Counted from the stretch's first letter, positions 1 through 15,175 are shown. The stretch: DNA of 64,000 bases from Octopus vulgaris (GCA_951406725.2 OX597816.1:30752001-30816000); one strand, 5' to 3'. Made by a program: numbers and translations. Notes: generated from the letters alone by a model not told the origin.

Positions 1-1577
1 TTTTGTGGAACACTTGTACATTCTAATTTTGTTAGTATAATTTTCTTCACAATACGTATTTACATATAGCCAGCAAATATTGCAGAACAAAATATTCAGT
101 AACTGTATGCTCATTATACTTTGGAAACGAAATTCGCTTCAGTACGCAGTTACTTGATTTTTCATCTATAAGTATTCGTGTATTGATTTTCATTGACAGC
201 AGTTACTGAATGTTTACTCAACACTGTATTCACTGTTTACAAATTTGCTGTGGCTCCTTCATGATAAATGCCGTCCAGTTCACATTGACTTAGTCATTGA
301 TATTCAAGAATGACTTTCCATTTCACACAATATGTCAAGAAGCTAACCTTCTTTTTGACAATGATGTGAGATTCATCTGCCCGAGTTGATAAGTTTACAA
401 TTTAAATATAGTCATTGACGCTGCACTCAGTCTCGAGACAATTAACTCTTTTTAGATTAATCAGTTTATGAGTAGCAGTAATAGTAGTTTCTGTTTAACT
501 CTATATCGCTTCAGATTTCCAATGGTAATAAAAGTTTCAACTGTGGCAATTACATCCTGGAAATAAATATTTAATAATTCAATAATCCAATAAGGTTTTT
601 GATGTAATCAATTTAAAAATTGATCGATGTGATTAAAGATGTATAACTGTTTTCTCTGGTTTTTCAAACGACCATGGCAGTCTCCATTTTCAGACTCATC
701 CAATGTCCAATAAAGTTTTTCGTATATTTTCAGCTCCGAATCATCGCTATTGAAATAAGCAACAAACAAATGTATTGCAACTATGATCATTCCATCCTTC
801 CATATTTTCATACAGTAGGGGATGTTTTCTAGAGCTTCTGGAGCTATAGGTGTGGGCTGAAATAAATATATACAGAGAATATCTGTGTCTGGCTGAGTGG
901 GAATATGTTATCGTGATGAATGTTGTTTGTCGTTTTAACAGATAAATTCTACAACTTAATAGCTAGATGTGAAATCTACATAACTGTCTTAAAGGAAAGC
1001 TGCTAATAGGATTATAAAATCTTGATATCTATACAATGAGGACAGAGGCTATAAAATCTTGTTGCAAGCATCAGATTTAACAACCAAATGAAATATTATC
1101 AGTTAACACATCTATACAAAATATCGTACCCTTGACCAATTCATTACTTGACACTCTTTTGTTTATGATATATAAAGTTGCTCATATGAACACGTCCTTC
1201 GCGGTAGGTATATATGCAGTATTTTACTTCTTAATTTTTCGGTTCGATTGGATTGACGTGTAATATTGTAAGCAGTTTTGTAAAGACGTATTCAGCATGT
1301 GTTATTCCGCACAGGAACTGTAATTATTAGTTTCATGAATTATTGTAATATGTTGCAAAGTTTACTGTATTATATTCTACATGAAACAATTGTAAATTGA
1401 AGTAGTAAAATAATTAATAGATCCAACTTAAGCAAAGTACAAAAGTTTTTACTCTCTAAAAGATCAATTTATACATAAACATTCATCGTCTGAAAGTCTC
1501 CACCTGTTGCTTTCTCTTGATTGCATCTATACATATACATATATTTTGTGTTTCATACGAAAACTACTATATTTAAT

Positions 1578-1948
1578 GCAGGCGCAATGGCCCAGTGGTT
1601 AGGGCAGCGTACTAGCGGTCATAGGATCGCGGTTTCGATTCCCAGACCGGGCGTTGTGAATGTTTATTGAGCGAAAACACCTAAACGCTCCACGAGGCTC
1701 CGGCAGGGGATGGTGGTGATCCCTGCTGTACTCTTTCACCACAACTTTCTCTCACTCTTACGTCCTGTTTCTGTTGTACCTGTATTTCAAGGGGCCGGCC
1801 TTGTCACGCTGAATATCCCCGAGAACTACGTTAAGGGTGCACGTGTCTGTAGAGTGCTCAGCCACTTACACGTTAATTTCTCGAGCAGGCTGTTCCGTTG
1901 ATTCGGATCAACCGGAACCCTCATCGTCGTAACCGACGGAGTGCTTCC
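1578..1948 (+). mobile_element. tRNA-derived SINE, family A, full length with TSD
   Basis: A-box TGGCCCAGTGG and B-box GTTTCGATTCC in a tRNA-like head; near-identical second copy at 43006-43385; 12-bp TSD ACTATATTTAAT at 1566-1577 and 1949-1960. Confidence 0.93.
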
Positions 1949-2141
1949 ACTATATTTAATATATATATTATATGTTTATCCTCACAATTCGGTCTATATC
2001 TGCACAATTTACTCCCTCGTATAGCCATTCGTTAAATTGATCCACTATGAATACATCGGAGTCTAAGTTCGAATCATTTGAGAACTACTAAATGCCTTCT
2101 ATGCTAGGGATATCTGGATTTCATCATGGACTATATACAAA

Positions 2142-2519
<378 letters not shown>

Positions 2520-2544
2520 ATATATATATATATATATATATAGA

Positions 2545-3395
2545 CAATCACTAGTACTGTAGTCACCTTGAGATGCCACATTTTTTCAATTTCTATTAGC
2601 AAGTAATTATATTTACTGATCTTGTCAAATTCTTTCGCCGCTATATTGTGATCGCAAGGGATACTCATGTCAATTAATAAACACCCTTTTATTTGCCTGA
2701 TCTTTTATAATAATATCCGGTTTATTGGCTTTTATAGTTTTGTCGATATGTACGGTGATCTCCCTCAGTCACAGCTTCAGGATGGTGCTTATACCATTTG
2801 TCAGCGGTTTTGATTTTATAATGCCGACATATTATCCAGTGTAAATACTGGCCAACTCTGTCATGTCTTACTTTATATTCTACGGGTTATAAGACTCTAC
2901 ACCCTGAGATTAGGTGGTCTATAGTTTCAATCTCATCGTTACAGAATCGGCATTTTGGGCCAGCTCCGTTTTTTATCACTTTGGCTTGGTAGTTCCGGGT
3001 TAATAAGCTTTGTTCTTGAGCAGCTAATATGAAATCTTCACTCACTGCGTTTAGCCCTGAGCTTCGTAACTATTGATGCGCGTATTTCTAGTTGACATCA
3101 GCATGTTTGCCGCGGGCCATATACTTGCTATGCAGAGGTTTCTGTTCACATCTACTAGCTAATTTTATCATCTTTGCAAAGAAATTTTATTTGCAAAGAA
3201 ATTTTATTTTCGTTACCAATTTCCCTTTCTTAAAAGTGACTTTGGCACACTTTTCAAGGCCAAACTCAAGTCCCGATATCATCACTGAATCCTTTCACAG
3301 TATGTAAGAGTCCTTCAAGCTCTTCATCATCTTTGCCATATAGTTTTAAATCATCCATATAAACTAGATGGCTTATTTTCCTGTTGTCAATTTTG
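2545..3395 (-). mobile_element. Decayed R4/Dong-like non-LTR retrotransposon ORF (RT piece, CCHC knuckle, REL endonuclease)
   Basis: Minus-strand translation gives HLVYMDDLKLYGKD (~3335-3370), CRFC...ETIDHLISGC, RHDRV, ANKPDIII and DMSIPCD...EIEKMW, with stops, frameshifts and an internal deletion. Confidence 0.88.
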
Positions 3396-4378
3396 ATATG
3401 TAGATATCGACGATATCAGGGCGTGTATAAGTCTTGAAATAATTACAAAAGTCGATTCCCGGTGAGAATGCGATTGATAAAGCCGTGGTAACGTGCATTT
3501 GTACGCACAAGTACATTAGCTGTTGCGATCGATACTACGGGTACACGAGAAAATTGCACGGGCAGTTTGCGCAAAAAGAGTCGTCTGGCTTGAAATAATT
3601 CCACAAAATGCAGTATATTTAAGAGACCAAAACATTAAGATGCAAAAGAGATATTTTCTTCAAACTTTGCATGAAGGAAGGAAGACTATTTAGTTTCTCA
3701 AAAAGTTTTTATTTTGCATTAACTTTGTTCAACAAAACCAAATATTTTATTGAAATAAAGGCATGCTTAAGGCTGCGCTTCACTAGCTTTTCCATGCCCT
3801 TGAAAATCCCGTAAAGTAAATTAGTTACTTGGTTCCCTAGATTGTTGCTTTTCATCAAAAATCGCTACAGGTTGATTTCCTACACATTTTATCGGATAAA
3901 CTTATTATTATTCCAGATACCTTCTCATAAATTCATCATTCTTTTCCATCTAAATTTACCTCCAGCTAACCCATTTGCATCCATCGTTTTTGTCCTGCTT
4001 TTCTTCCGTCAAACTGTACATAACTGAGCCTACCATTTTTTGTTGTTTTTGTACTGCTTAAAGGCACGTTTCTTTCCTGCCAAGTTTGCTGTTTAAACCA
4101 TGTTTGTGTTCTCCCAGTTAACAGACTTAATTATTACTGGTACTTTAATCTCTTCGTTTGCATATTTTTGTGAATAAAATCGTTTTTCATTGGAATAGAG
4201 AAAAAGTCAATCTTTATTTCTTCTTTTGCTGGTGTCTCAAATTTAGGTTAAATCAGTGTTTCTCAAAGGGGAGGCCTATGGGACGGTCGGACATGTTCTT
4301 TTTAGAAAATTTGGTTTAAATGTTTGACAACTCAGCAGCGTCCATTAGACGGGGGGCAATTTTCCATATATATATATA

Positions 4379-4461
<83 letters not shown>

Positions 4462-4466
<5 letters not shown>

Positions 4467-4686
4467 TAAAGCAGCAGAAAATTCAACAAAATCTGTTACT
4501 CTCAGTTTCTCGTTGCCGTTCATCAGACAGGTTTTGCTAGCCAAAACTGTCTCATGAACGGCAACGAGAAACTCAGAGTAACAGATTTTGTTGAATTTTC
4601 TGCTGCTTTAAATAAAGCATATTACTCTACCACTGGTATTTGAGTACTCTTTTTTCCACCTTGTTTCACATTTATGTGTTTACTCC

Positions 4687-4688
<2 letters not shown>
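4462..4688 (+). mobile_element. PLE-type tail with inverted partial copy; HHR motif in each arm
   Basis: Arms ~4462-4530 and 4547-4615 are near-perfect reverse complements; AATAAA follows; (TA)n on both sides. Confidence 0.8.
4493..4530 (-). ncRNA. Minimal type I hammerhead motif, canonical core
   Basis: Minus strand CTGT-CTGATGA-ACGGCAACGA-GAA-ACTGAGAGT-A-ACAG; the plus-strand twin at 4547-4584 has CTCATGA (G5C). Confidence 0.65.
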
Positions 4689-4742
<54 letters not shown>

Positions 4743-4823
4743 TTACATACATATATCATATATACACACATATATATATATTAACATACATATATTATAT
4801 ATAATTATATATTATATATATAC

Positions 4824-4923
<100 letters not shown>

Positions 4924-6366
4924 GTACATACTATATATACATTTTTATATACTTATGTATGTGTGTTTGTATATTTTCCGATACGAAGAACATGATATTT
5001 TTTTCCAAACGCATATTTGCTGTTAGATCAGCAGTCATACTCGATAAATAACCCTTACGAGTCGGAAAAGTTTGTCAACAACCAGCCATGCATACATACA
5101 TAGATATGTTTGTATCTACATATGAAAAACAATATTACACATACCACATATCCTTGTATACAACACACACATATATATATCAGCATTCGATATGTAATGT
5201 TTTTCATAATAAAGTGAAGACGTTGAAATATAAATGACTAAACTTTATCTTGGAGTCTAAGTGTGTATTTAACCAAGGATGTTTAAAAACAAAGTACGTC
5301 TTAAATCGCGAATTGAACGTAAACTCCAGATTGTCAAAAGAGAGAGCATCACACAATAAACCTTGCAGTATTAGTTATAGCCTTTTCAATTGGAATCCCT
5401 CTAGATCAGGATTTTCCCTTTCATTCTTCCTGGAAATTGAATGGAATAAAAGCAAGCAAATACTGAGTTTGATATACAGTCCTTTGTTACTCAACCCCTC
5501 CTCCTCCTCCTCCTTCTCCTCGTCATAATCATCATTAGCAACGGAAGCAGCAACAATAGTAGCGCCGGCAATAACACCAGTTCCACTTCTACCTCCATAA
5601 TCACTACCAGTCATACTATTACCGTATTCGCGACAGCTAGCGCCCTCAATCATCACTTATTAGCCCCACCACGACAAGCACTTCTACCAACGCGATGATG
5701 ACCACCAGCACCACCACCAAAACCATCTCCTCCACCTCCACCACTGCTACCACAACCGTAACAACAAGCACTACCATCACCACCACCACCACCACCACCA
5801 CCACCACCACCATCACCACCACCACCACTATATCTGACCTTGTGCCTATGTAAAATGTAATTATTTCGATTCTATCCATCATCTCTATCAATGTGTTGCC
5901 ATTGGGGTATGTTTTTTGACAATGGTATCACAGAATGAGAAAAACTGAAACCAACCTGCTATTCAGTGGCTGATTTTCAGATGCTTAGCAATACTATATG
6001 TTTATATATATGTAATATAACTGCGACGATTCTTCTTTATCACGTAGCAGACTTGAAATAAACAATTGTTGCAGCAAATAACATCTATCTAAATCCAAAT
6101 AGATACTATAAAAATCCGTTTCTTTTTTTTCCATCAGAACAAACTTATGTAATCAATTACATGCATTATAGAAAAACAAGAAATTGTATTGTTTAAAATA
6201 TATATATCATGATTCTGCGTATGACCTTGTATTGTATAATGAGTATTGTTGGAAAATATATATCGATTATCTACCTCTCTATCCTATCAAGCCACCTTAA
6301 CTATAAAGATAACTGAACCCGTGAATGTATAAAATTGTGTGTGTGTGCGTGCGGGTATATATATAT

Positions 6367-6442
<76 letters not shown>

Positions 6443-6443
<1 letters not shown>

Positions 6444-6759
6444 GTAATTAAGTAATTAGCAACGAATTGCCTCACCAACACACCGAATTTAGAAATAGCA
6501 GTCAAAGAGATATAGCTATTCCTTCTACTAAAAGGGGGATCTCAGTAAAACACAGCACTTGAAAAGCAAACACAGACAGGTAAGAAAGAAAGAATGAATT
6601 CTTTCTTTCTTACCTGTCTGTGTTTGCCTTTCAAGTGCTGTGTTTTTACTGAGATCCCCCTTTTAGTAGAAGGAATAGCTATATCTCTTTGACTGCTATT
6701 TCTAAATTCGGTGTGTTGGTGAGGCAATTCGTTGCTAAACCCTTAATTACTTAATTACT
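6443..6759. repeat. Near-perfect palindrome, ~140-bp arms, 2-nt loop at 6596-6597
   Basis: 6456-6595 is the reverse complement of 6598-6738 with about one substitution and one indel; unique tail runs to 6871; (TA)n on both sides. Confidence 0.93.
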
Positions 6760-6869
6760 TAGTATTACTTAAATTTTCCTCGAATGGGGCTTTTACATGC
6801 CGAAATCTACTTGGTGTAATTGATAATTATTCCAAATTAATTAATTTCACCATTTATTATTACTGATAA

Positions 6870-6905
<36 letters not shown>

Positions 6906-8801
6906 TAATGAAGGATAACATTTTTTTGGAAAAAACATTTTTTCCGAAAAAAATCTTATCAATGGCCAGCATTTAAAAAAATACCTTTAAAGGTTAAATT
7001 TATAAACAATTCATAAACAATTCATTGAATTGTATATATATATATGCGTCTTTTTATGTTTTTGTGTGTTTATGTGTATGTAGGAATGTATATTATTTTA
7101 TATACGCATGTATGTAAACATGCGCTTAAACGATGTACACATAAGGATATTCAACATCAGTTAAGGGTTAATCCGTGCTGACACATAACGGTGTCTCACC
7201 ATTTTCCACATCTCTTAATTTCGTTTCTAATAATGCCAAACAGCTGCAGAGGAAACGTCACAAACTGCTTCGAGGATATGAAGAAATTTTTACAACTTCA
7301 CCTTTACCGAATCTATGCTTAATACTCTTCTGGCAGAGGGAATTCCTGGGAAAATAGATATCAATCTGAGCTTGAGTGAGCGGCAGGATACTATACATAA
7401 ATTAAGTCCGTCTTGGATGCGTTATTCCGTCTAGTGATCGGTCTTACAGCCTGCACACTAGGTACGTTGTTGTCTATTTTCAGATAAGTTTGCCACACCT
7501 ATCTGTGGGTTAACTCCAAACACGTGCGTGCTCTTGCCCTGAGCATAGTTAAAACATTGACGAACATTCGACAAGCAGAGATATGATAATGTCACTTTAG
7601 GGCAGATGTTAAGAAATATTTGGTTAGTTACCTGTCATAGAATGCAGATATGAACGAGCTAATTCAAGCATGATAAAGTGTGTCAGTGTTACATTTGGAC
7701 GCCTTAGATGATGGATTTATGAGGCTCGTAGCTATGGAAGCTCACCAGGTTATACTTGACATCTTCACATAGTCGAAATTTCAGTCAAATTGCATGAGGA
7801 AAATCATGCGCCTGCAAAGGCACAACTGACATGGGAATCGCTGTGTCCTCTAGTAAATAGAGATCTCCTCCGTTAGAACCATCCATGTGATATTAGGTTC
7901 GTATCGCTGGCTATTCTATAGACATGAAAATAAAACAGATGCTATCCATCACAAAAAGACAAACTGTTTTACTTCCAGTCGAGGGCAGCAAAGCATAGAG
8001 GTCGTGCATGAATAAAGTTCCCCGATACTAAGACTAAGGAAAATCTGAAAATTGTGGGCATTTATGAGTTCAGGTTTGATTATGTGAATAACCTATTAAA
8101 GTGGAGATGAATTAGCTATACTACAGGCCAACATTTCGACATAGCATAACAAGGACATCTCAATGATAAACGCAAGAAGTAAAAACAGCAAGAAGTAACA
8201 TTTGAGTAAACAAAAAAATATGCAGGAGAGGGTTAGATCTGACGAAAAATTTGAATGCCGACAGGACAAAGAGGAAACTAAATGCTTCTGCGAATTTATT
8301 TAAAAACCTTAGTAATTCTGCTGTTTTATTTCACTCGTGTGTGTGTGTGTGTGTGCGTGTGTTCATTTGTGCGCGCTTATGTGTGTGCGTGTGTTTGCAA
8401 TATTTGAATTACATCGAGAACAATTGACGTGCTACATGGTGCAAATGAGACTGAGTTGCTTTCTGACAGAAATCTCTCTCATGCACCCACGCACAAAACC
8501 CATTTATGTCCATCATACTTTCTCGCTCTATATCCACACTTACAATATGGATACATCATTCAATATACTGCCAAAATACCGCTAAAGATTTACCTAGGAT
8601 TTTAACTAAAGACCTGTACCTTCATGGAAGTACCGTTCAACATCCATATTCTCTAAAAAAGGATGAGTTGTGAACATTATTCTCCTGCCTATATTCTTCT
8701 AACTAACTTTAACTCTTTATTCTTCTATTTTATTCCTTGTAAACTGTGAATTTTATTCCTTGTAAACTGTAAATTTTCCCTGTTTAAAATATTCAGACTT
8801 T

Positions 8802-8856
8802 GTCTTTGATAACAGAAAACCCAGTGCGTGGACAATCCCAGAAACGGCTGTAAGAC
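8802..8856 (+). ncRNA. Degenerate hammerhead motif with U3-A8 core
   Basis: GTCT-TTGATAA-(decayed helix II)-GAA-ACGGCTGT-A-AGAC. Confidence 0.5.
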
Positions 8857-9032
8857 TTCAAATTTACCTTACCCTTATTAAATTATTCTAAATGACTTGC
8901 GATCCTCGTTCTACCTTAATTTCGATTTTTCCTCTAATGTATGTATGTATGTATGTATGTATGCATGTATGTATGTATGTATGTATGTATGTATGTATGT
9001 ATGTATGTATGTATGTATGTATGTATGTATGT

Positions 9033-9588
9033 GTCAGGTCACTTTCGAGTGCTACTGATAACATGTAACCCAATACAACCTGTTGCATGGTCGGGTCGTC
9101 GGCGACTAAACCGGCGACTAAACCAAGCTTGCTTGGTGAGGAGGGTGTTTATTGGACACCCTGCGGGATGAAAAGCAAAACCCGTCAAAGGGTGGAGGAA
9201 CTCTTGAGAGTCAACGGCCAGCCAATAATTGTCTTAATACTGTATCATGCGCGGGGACATAGAAATAATCGGACTGAATACCCGATCGCGCGGTTAAACC
9301 ATTGGGAGTGAAGGACTCCTAGCCTTTGTTAGGGCATCCTCCTAGGAGAAGGTAAGTCAGGTAACTGGGATGACTCCGATATAAAACCTGCGGCTCAGTG
9401 GCTACCGATGATGTTGACTTGTTCTTCTTTTCGGATTATGGCTGTTGTTGCTTAGTGAGTGGGATTGACTCTGTGCATAGCCTTTCCTCACTTAAAAAAA
9501 AAAAATCTTCATGCACAGGCATTGCACGATAACAACATTGATTAAGCTTCGTGCAATGGCCATATTCGATAACGAGGGGGCAGCCACC

Positions 9589-9590
<2 letters not shown>
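9033..9590 (+). mobile_element. Non-autonomous element resembling an RTE-clade 5' UTR, inside a (TATG)n tract
   Basis: GC-richer block with AGGGCATCCTCCTAGGAGAAGG...TCCGATATAAAACC, similar to the recurrent RTE 5'-UTR motif; (TATG)n on both flanks. Confidence 0.55.
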
Positions 9591-9621
<31 letters not shown>

Positions 9622-11070
9622 TGTATGTATGTATGTATGTATGTATGTATGTATGTATGTATGTATGAATGAATGAATGAATGTATATCAAGGTTCTAAT
9701 GGTCGAGGATCTACAAGATTTAACCGATGATTATCCGTAAGTGAGGATATAAGCAACTGCTTTGTAAGCCACTGAATCTTGGTGCAGCCCGGATAATTTG
9801 TTTACTCCCGGGGGAAGAGATACCGTAATGAAAAAGAAATCGCCTCAAGGAAGCAGCTGAAATCCAATAATGGAATAATGTACGTCAGTGTAATCAATGA
9901 AAATTCAGATACTACACACACTCTCTCTCTCTCTCTCACGTGCGCGCACACAAATACACACACACACACACAGAAAACGATTCAAGAAATAGCAGAATGA
10001 TTGGGGTACTGGAATAAATTTGCATCACTATTTAGTTTCCCCACTAGTCCATTCTGTATTCAATTTCTCCTGCATATCTAACAATATTCCTCATTCTTTC
10101 AAAGTCGATATAACAAAAATATATTAATAAAAAATGATTATCAATAGAACACGTAGCAGGTAAAACGAAAAGTTGTAGGGATACAATACACACACGCACA
10201 CTCACAGACACACCACACACACACACGCACACACAAATCACACACAAGCACACATACGCATATGTATGTGTGTATGTATGCCCCGCAAGAATTCGTGTGC
10301 TTGTGACAATGCAAGAATTTAATCATAAGAAACATAAATATGAAAGACACGTGAAGGAAAAACATCACTTTTGAAAATTTTCGTTTCAAATAGCGAATGC
10401 TTATTGTATTTTATTGCATTGTATTGGTTTTCCAAACTGAAATATTGTAAGGATGCCGAAGAAAGATTTCATTCATTAATACTTCGAAAAGCAGATTCAC
10501 GAACAGAAAAAAAATTGAACGTATACTTTTATACAGCACAGTCACGATAGATTCATAAAATCTTTATTGCTTTCTACCGCTACCAAATATAGCTTTCATA
10601 TTTATGATGGAGGCTTAAAACCTGAAACCAATGGTCTGTCAATATTCTACATTCAACTGTAGAAATTGATTTGAAACATCCATTTTCATTGGATATCAGT
10701 TTATCTTGAATGTATCTATCATATTGCTATAGTTCGCCGGATCATCTTACTATGAACGATTTCGTTATAAATATGAGAAAGCGGCAGCAATAAACAGGAA
10801 AAAGTTATAAATATTTTAAGACCTGACTTTGAGAGAGAATATAATAATGGATGATGCATATGAAGAAGTAGGCAGATATATGCGTTCCATATAATCGTTT
10901 TGTTCTAAGATAAAATAGGAGAAACCAATGAAAATCATTTATGATATTTTCAAGCCATTACATACTTATCGATAATTTAAAGCATCAACGATGGCATTCT
11001 TTCTTTCTCAGTCTTGGCTTTATTTTTCTACAGCGTCGCCGCAGTTACACTTATACATATTCTCAAAGAT

Positions 11071-11131
<61 letters not shown>

Positions 11132-11141
11132 GCAAAGTGAA

Positions 11142-11221
<80 letters not shown>

Positions 11222-11754
11222 ATGTATATATATTTACGAGACAGTGTTCTGAAAGTTTTAATAGTTTTCATTTCAAACAATTGCTGCACTTTTAGTTTTA
11301 ACATCCCCAGGATCACTTCTGTAGAAAACGGTTTAAAAAATATCATTCCGAGACTATAATTAACATTTCCACCTTATTTAATCAGTGCTACAAGTTGTAT
11401 AAATAAAATAAAAAAAAAACTCACTTGAACTTTCACGGTTAGATAGACTGCTTGATTAGAAATATTGGTTAGTAAGTGATTTTTCTCTAGGACGCTTTTT
11501 TTGAATGCGGCAGTTCATTAACACTTCTTATTCATTAGCTGGATATTATATGAAACGAAACAATTTCTTAAATTGTGTATATGTATATGTGTATATGCAT
11601 ACACGTATACATATGCACATATATTCAGTATATCCAGGTTTCTGCGATCGATATGAATTTATAATTTTTTTAGATTTTGAGTATTTTTATGGGAGGTTTT
11701 GGATCGTAGCAACCGCGGTAGTGGAGGGGTTTTTTGTGTGTATTTATATATCAA

Positions 11755-11975
11755 AGGTAGATCAGAAAAAAAAAAACAACAAACGGAAACCGTCAAAACA
11801 CGACATGCGGTAAAAATGACTATAGCGACAATGGCAAACAGGACAAAACAAGATACACGAATCATTCGCAGCCAATTGCATCTTCAGTCGGAGTCTGCAG
11901 TAATTTCGCCCACTTATTTCCGATACTGCTCAAAACCGGCGGCCCGAAGGGTTATTCGACCATCGGACGAACGTA
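11755..11975 (-). mobile_element. Dispersed repeat family Q (GAAA...CTGANGA-stem-GAAT motif)
   Basis: Similar by eye to ~16800-16940 (+), ~27600-27830 (+) and 47110-47300 (-). Confidence 0.5.
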
Positions 11976-13419
11976 ACATATAGAAGAGAATTATACATAT
12001 ACAATGGACAAACGCCATTCGACTATACAACAAAAGGAAAATAGTTATACAACTACAACAAAAAGAAAACAAAATAAACACTGCCTTTCGACTATAAAAC
12101 GAGTGTAGTAACCTCACGCAAGAAAAATTGGAATAGAAAATATTAACTGACCGAGCGGCAAGACAGAACAAAACACAAAAGACCTAACCGTCCTTGGGTT
12201 AATACAAAATTTGGTCTAATCCAGGGATAACTCAACTTTATGAATTTCCGTTACATTGCTCCCTCGCTTTTCGACACGTGTGCAATAATAATAGTGATGA
12301 TATTTAATGTGGTTCGACTATTTAGAGTCTCCTTTCATCATATAGGCAAGAATTTTCTCTGTGACCTTAATTGTAATTGTATTTACGATTTCACCTTAAT
12401 AGGTCTATCTTTTTTTATATGGTGGCCAATGATGTACCTATATTATCCTTGTTATACTTGTTGCCGTTTGATGCAAGCAATACATCAACTTCGAGTCACT
12501 CGTAAATTTTGAATGTTTTTACTGTATTTTCTTAAGAAAATATTAATATCCCCTGTCACGTATGGACACTGTCATGCTGATGAGTAGTAAAACCTCGGTG
12601 TATTTTTAACCTTCAATGTGGGATTTGTCTCTGGTTGCATAAACTTTAAGCATTTAAAAAAATGTCAAGATCCCATGGAACCAAATTTCGGCCAACATTT
12701 GAGTCGAGCGAGAAATTTAACGGAAATAGTAACGTAGATACTGTGTTTTAACCCGTATCAGAGAAAATATAGTACCACAAATGTCCAGCGAAGGAAAAAC
12801 AAGATCAACAGGAACAACAAAAAGGATCATAAGAACAGCAGCAAGAACGAAAAAAAACTGTAAGGTAGAGATACAAGAAATGGAAAATTTCGAACGAAAC
12901 AACATTTGCCGCTATAGCTATCACTACCACCGCTGCCACTATCGCCACGGTAGTACTCCCGTGCTGCGACCACGGCCACCACCACCACCATGTGATGTAT
13001 AACCCTAAACCTACCATCAGAAACAAAAGAGAGCAGTTTGTACGGTTATATACCATTGCCTCAGAACACAACCACGTCGAGGATAAAACGCAAAATGATT
13101 TTCACGCATAAAAAATATGTTGTGCGTGTGTGGAAATACAATACCCACATAATTCGAGAAAAAAATATGGCGCAGATGGACTGTGACTTAGGACAGATTC
13201 AAAATTTTGATTACAATCTAAAATACTTAAGAATGAAGAACTCTGCCTAACCTCAACTATCGCGGCCAGAAATAACCATCACCTGGTTGTTATTTGCTCT
13301 CTTGACCGGTAGATATACCAAAAGAAATCTGGTAAGGGATAGGGAATGAGACTGGACATACAGGCAAATCAACAAAACAGAACTGACCAAACAGAACTTC
13401 CGGATGACTCCTACATGAT

Positions 13420-13639
13420 GGCAGAAACGTTAGCACGCCGGGCAAAATGCGTAGCCGTATTTCATCTGCCGTTACGTTCTGAGTTCAAATTCCGCCGAGG
13501 TTGACTTTGCCTTTCATCCTTTCGGGGTCGATAAATTAAGTACCAGTTGTGCACTGGGGTCGATGTAGTCGACTTAATCCGTTTGTCTGTCCTTGTTTGT
13601 CCCCTCTATGTTTAACCCCTTGTGGGTAGTAAAGAAACA
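13420..13639 (+). mobile_element. tRNA-derived SINE family B with Nin-like central domain, 5'-clipped, with TSD
   Basis: B-box GAGTTCAAATTCC; GACTTTGCCTTTCATCCTTTCGGGGTCGATAAATTAAGTACCAG; TSD GACTCCTA(C/T)ATGAT at 13406-13419 and 13640-13653. Confidence 0.9.
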
Positions 13640-14054
13640 GACTCCTATATGATGTGAGGTTAGAGGAGAGCAAACCAAGGTACAACATATCTGGAGCTGT
13701 GGCGCACTTAAAGGCGTTCTACTCTCCCCCACCACTAAATGAGCGGGAAAGAAAGTAGCACCTCAAATGCGGTCACAACCTTTAAAACGAACAAGCGCAC
13801 AAACAGTAGCAGACCCGAAACTCCAACACTAATACCAACAGAAGCAACGACATCAATGATACGAAACCTAGACACAGGTAACACCCAACTCTTACAAAAT
13901 CTGCGACAACAGCAGCAGAAAATATAACAATGGAACGCCCAACACCAACACAATACCACAGAATATGCTCTTCCTCATTTCGAATCACCCTTTACGTCAA
14001 GTTGTAAAGATAATCAGAAAAGAGAAGGGAAAGGGAAAAAAGCAATTACTAAAC

Positions 14055-14728
<674 letters not shown>

Positions 14729-14999
14729 GAAAGAGACAGGTGTAAGGAGAAATTCTGAGCATGTTAACAAACGCTTTCTATGGCTTCAAAATCAGAAGGA
14801 ATAAGCTTATATACCTACATACACATTCACTGCTACTTCATGACAGTGGTGTTTTATTCACTTTTGTATCGTTTTGGTTTCTTTTGTGCTGTGCACAGAA
14901 TGTGTATTGTTTAGTTAATATCTATCGTCATCACAACAAGCGTGTATATCATGCTAACCAAAACTGATGATAATATAATTCCTGGCTGCATTATAAATT

Positions 15000-15175
15000 A
15001 GTTTCAAGTGTTGGCACAAGGTCTGTAATTATTCAGGTGGGGTTGGTTGATTATTGGCTTCCAGTACTCAACAGGTACTTATTTTATCGACCTCAAAATG
15101 ATGAAAAGCAAAGTGAATCTCGGTAGAATTTGAACTCAGAAAGTAAGGAGCGACGAAATGCCGCTAACGATTCTG
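15000..15175 (-). mobile_element. SINE family B, diverged
   Basis: GGTACTTATTTTATCGAC...ATGAAAAGCAAAGT...AATTTGAACTCAGAA matches the reverse complement of 13420-13639. Confidence 0.75.

Noticed and set aside
1578-1655. tRNA gene call for SINE heads (also 43006 and 33628-33694)
   Set aside because: No complete cloverleaf; the heads continue into repeat bodies, with TSDs for family A.
4254-4360. CAGTGTTTCTCAA hAT-like terminus
   Set aside because: No convincing partner TIR or 8-bp TSD found.
10600-10645. ATGATGG-AGG...CCT-GAAACCAATGGTC hammerhead-like string; similar weak strings at ~12577 and ~45515
   Set aside because: Core or helix I too degenerate to support.
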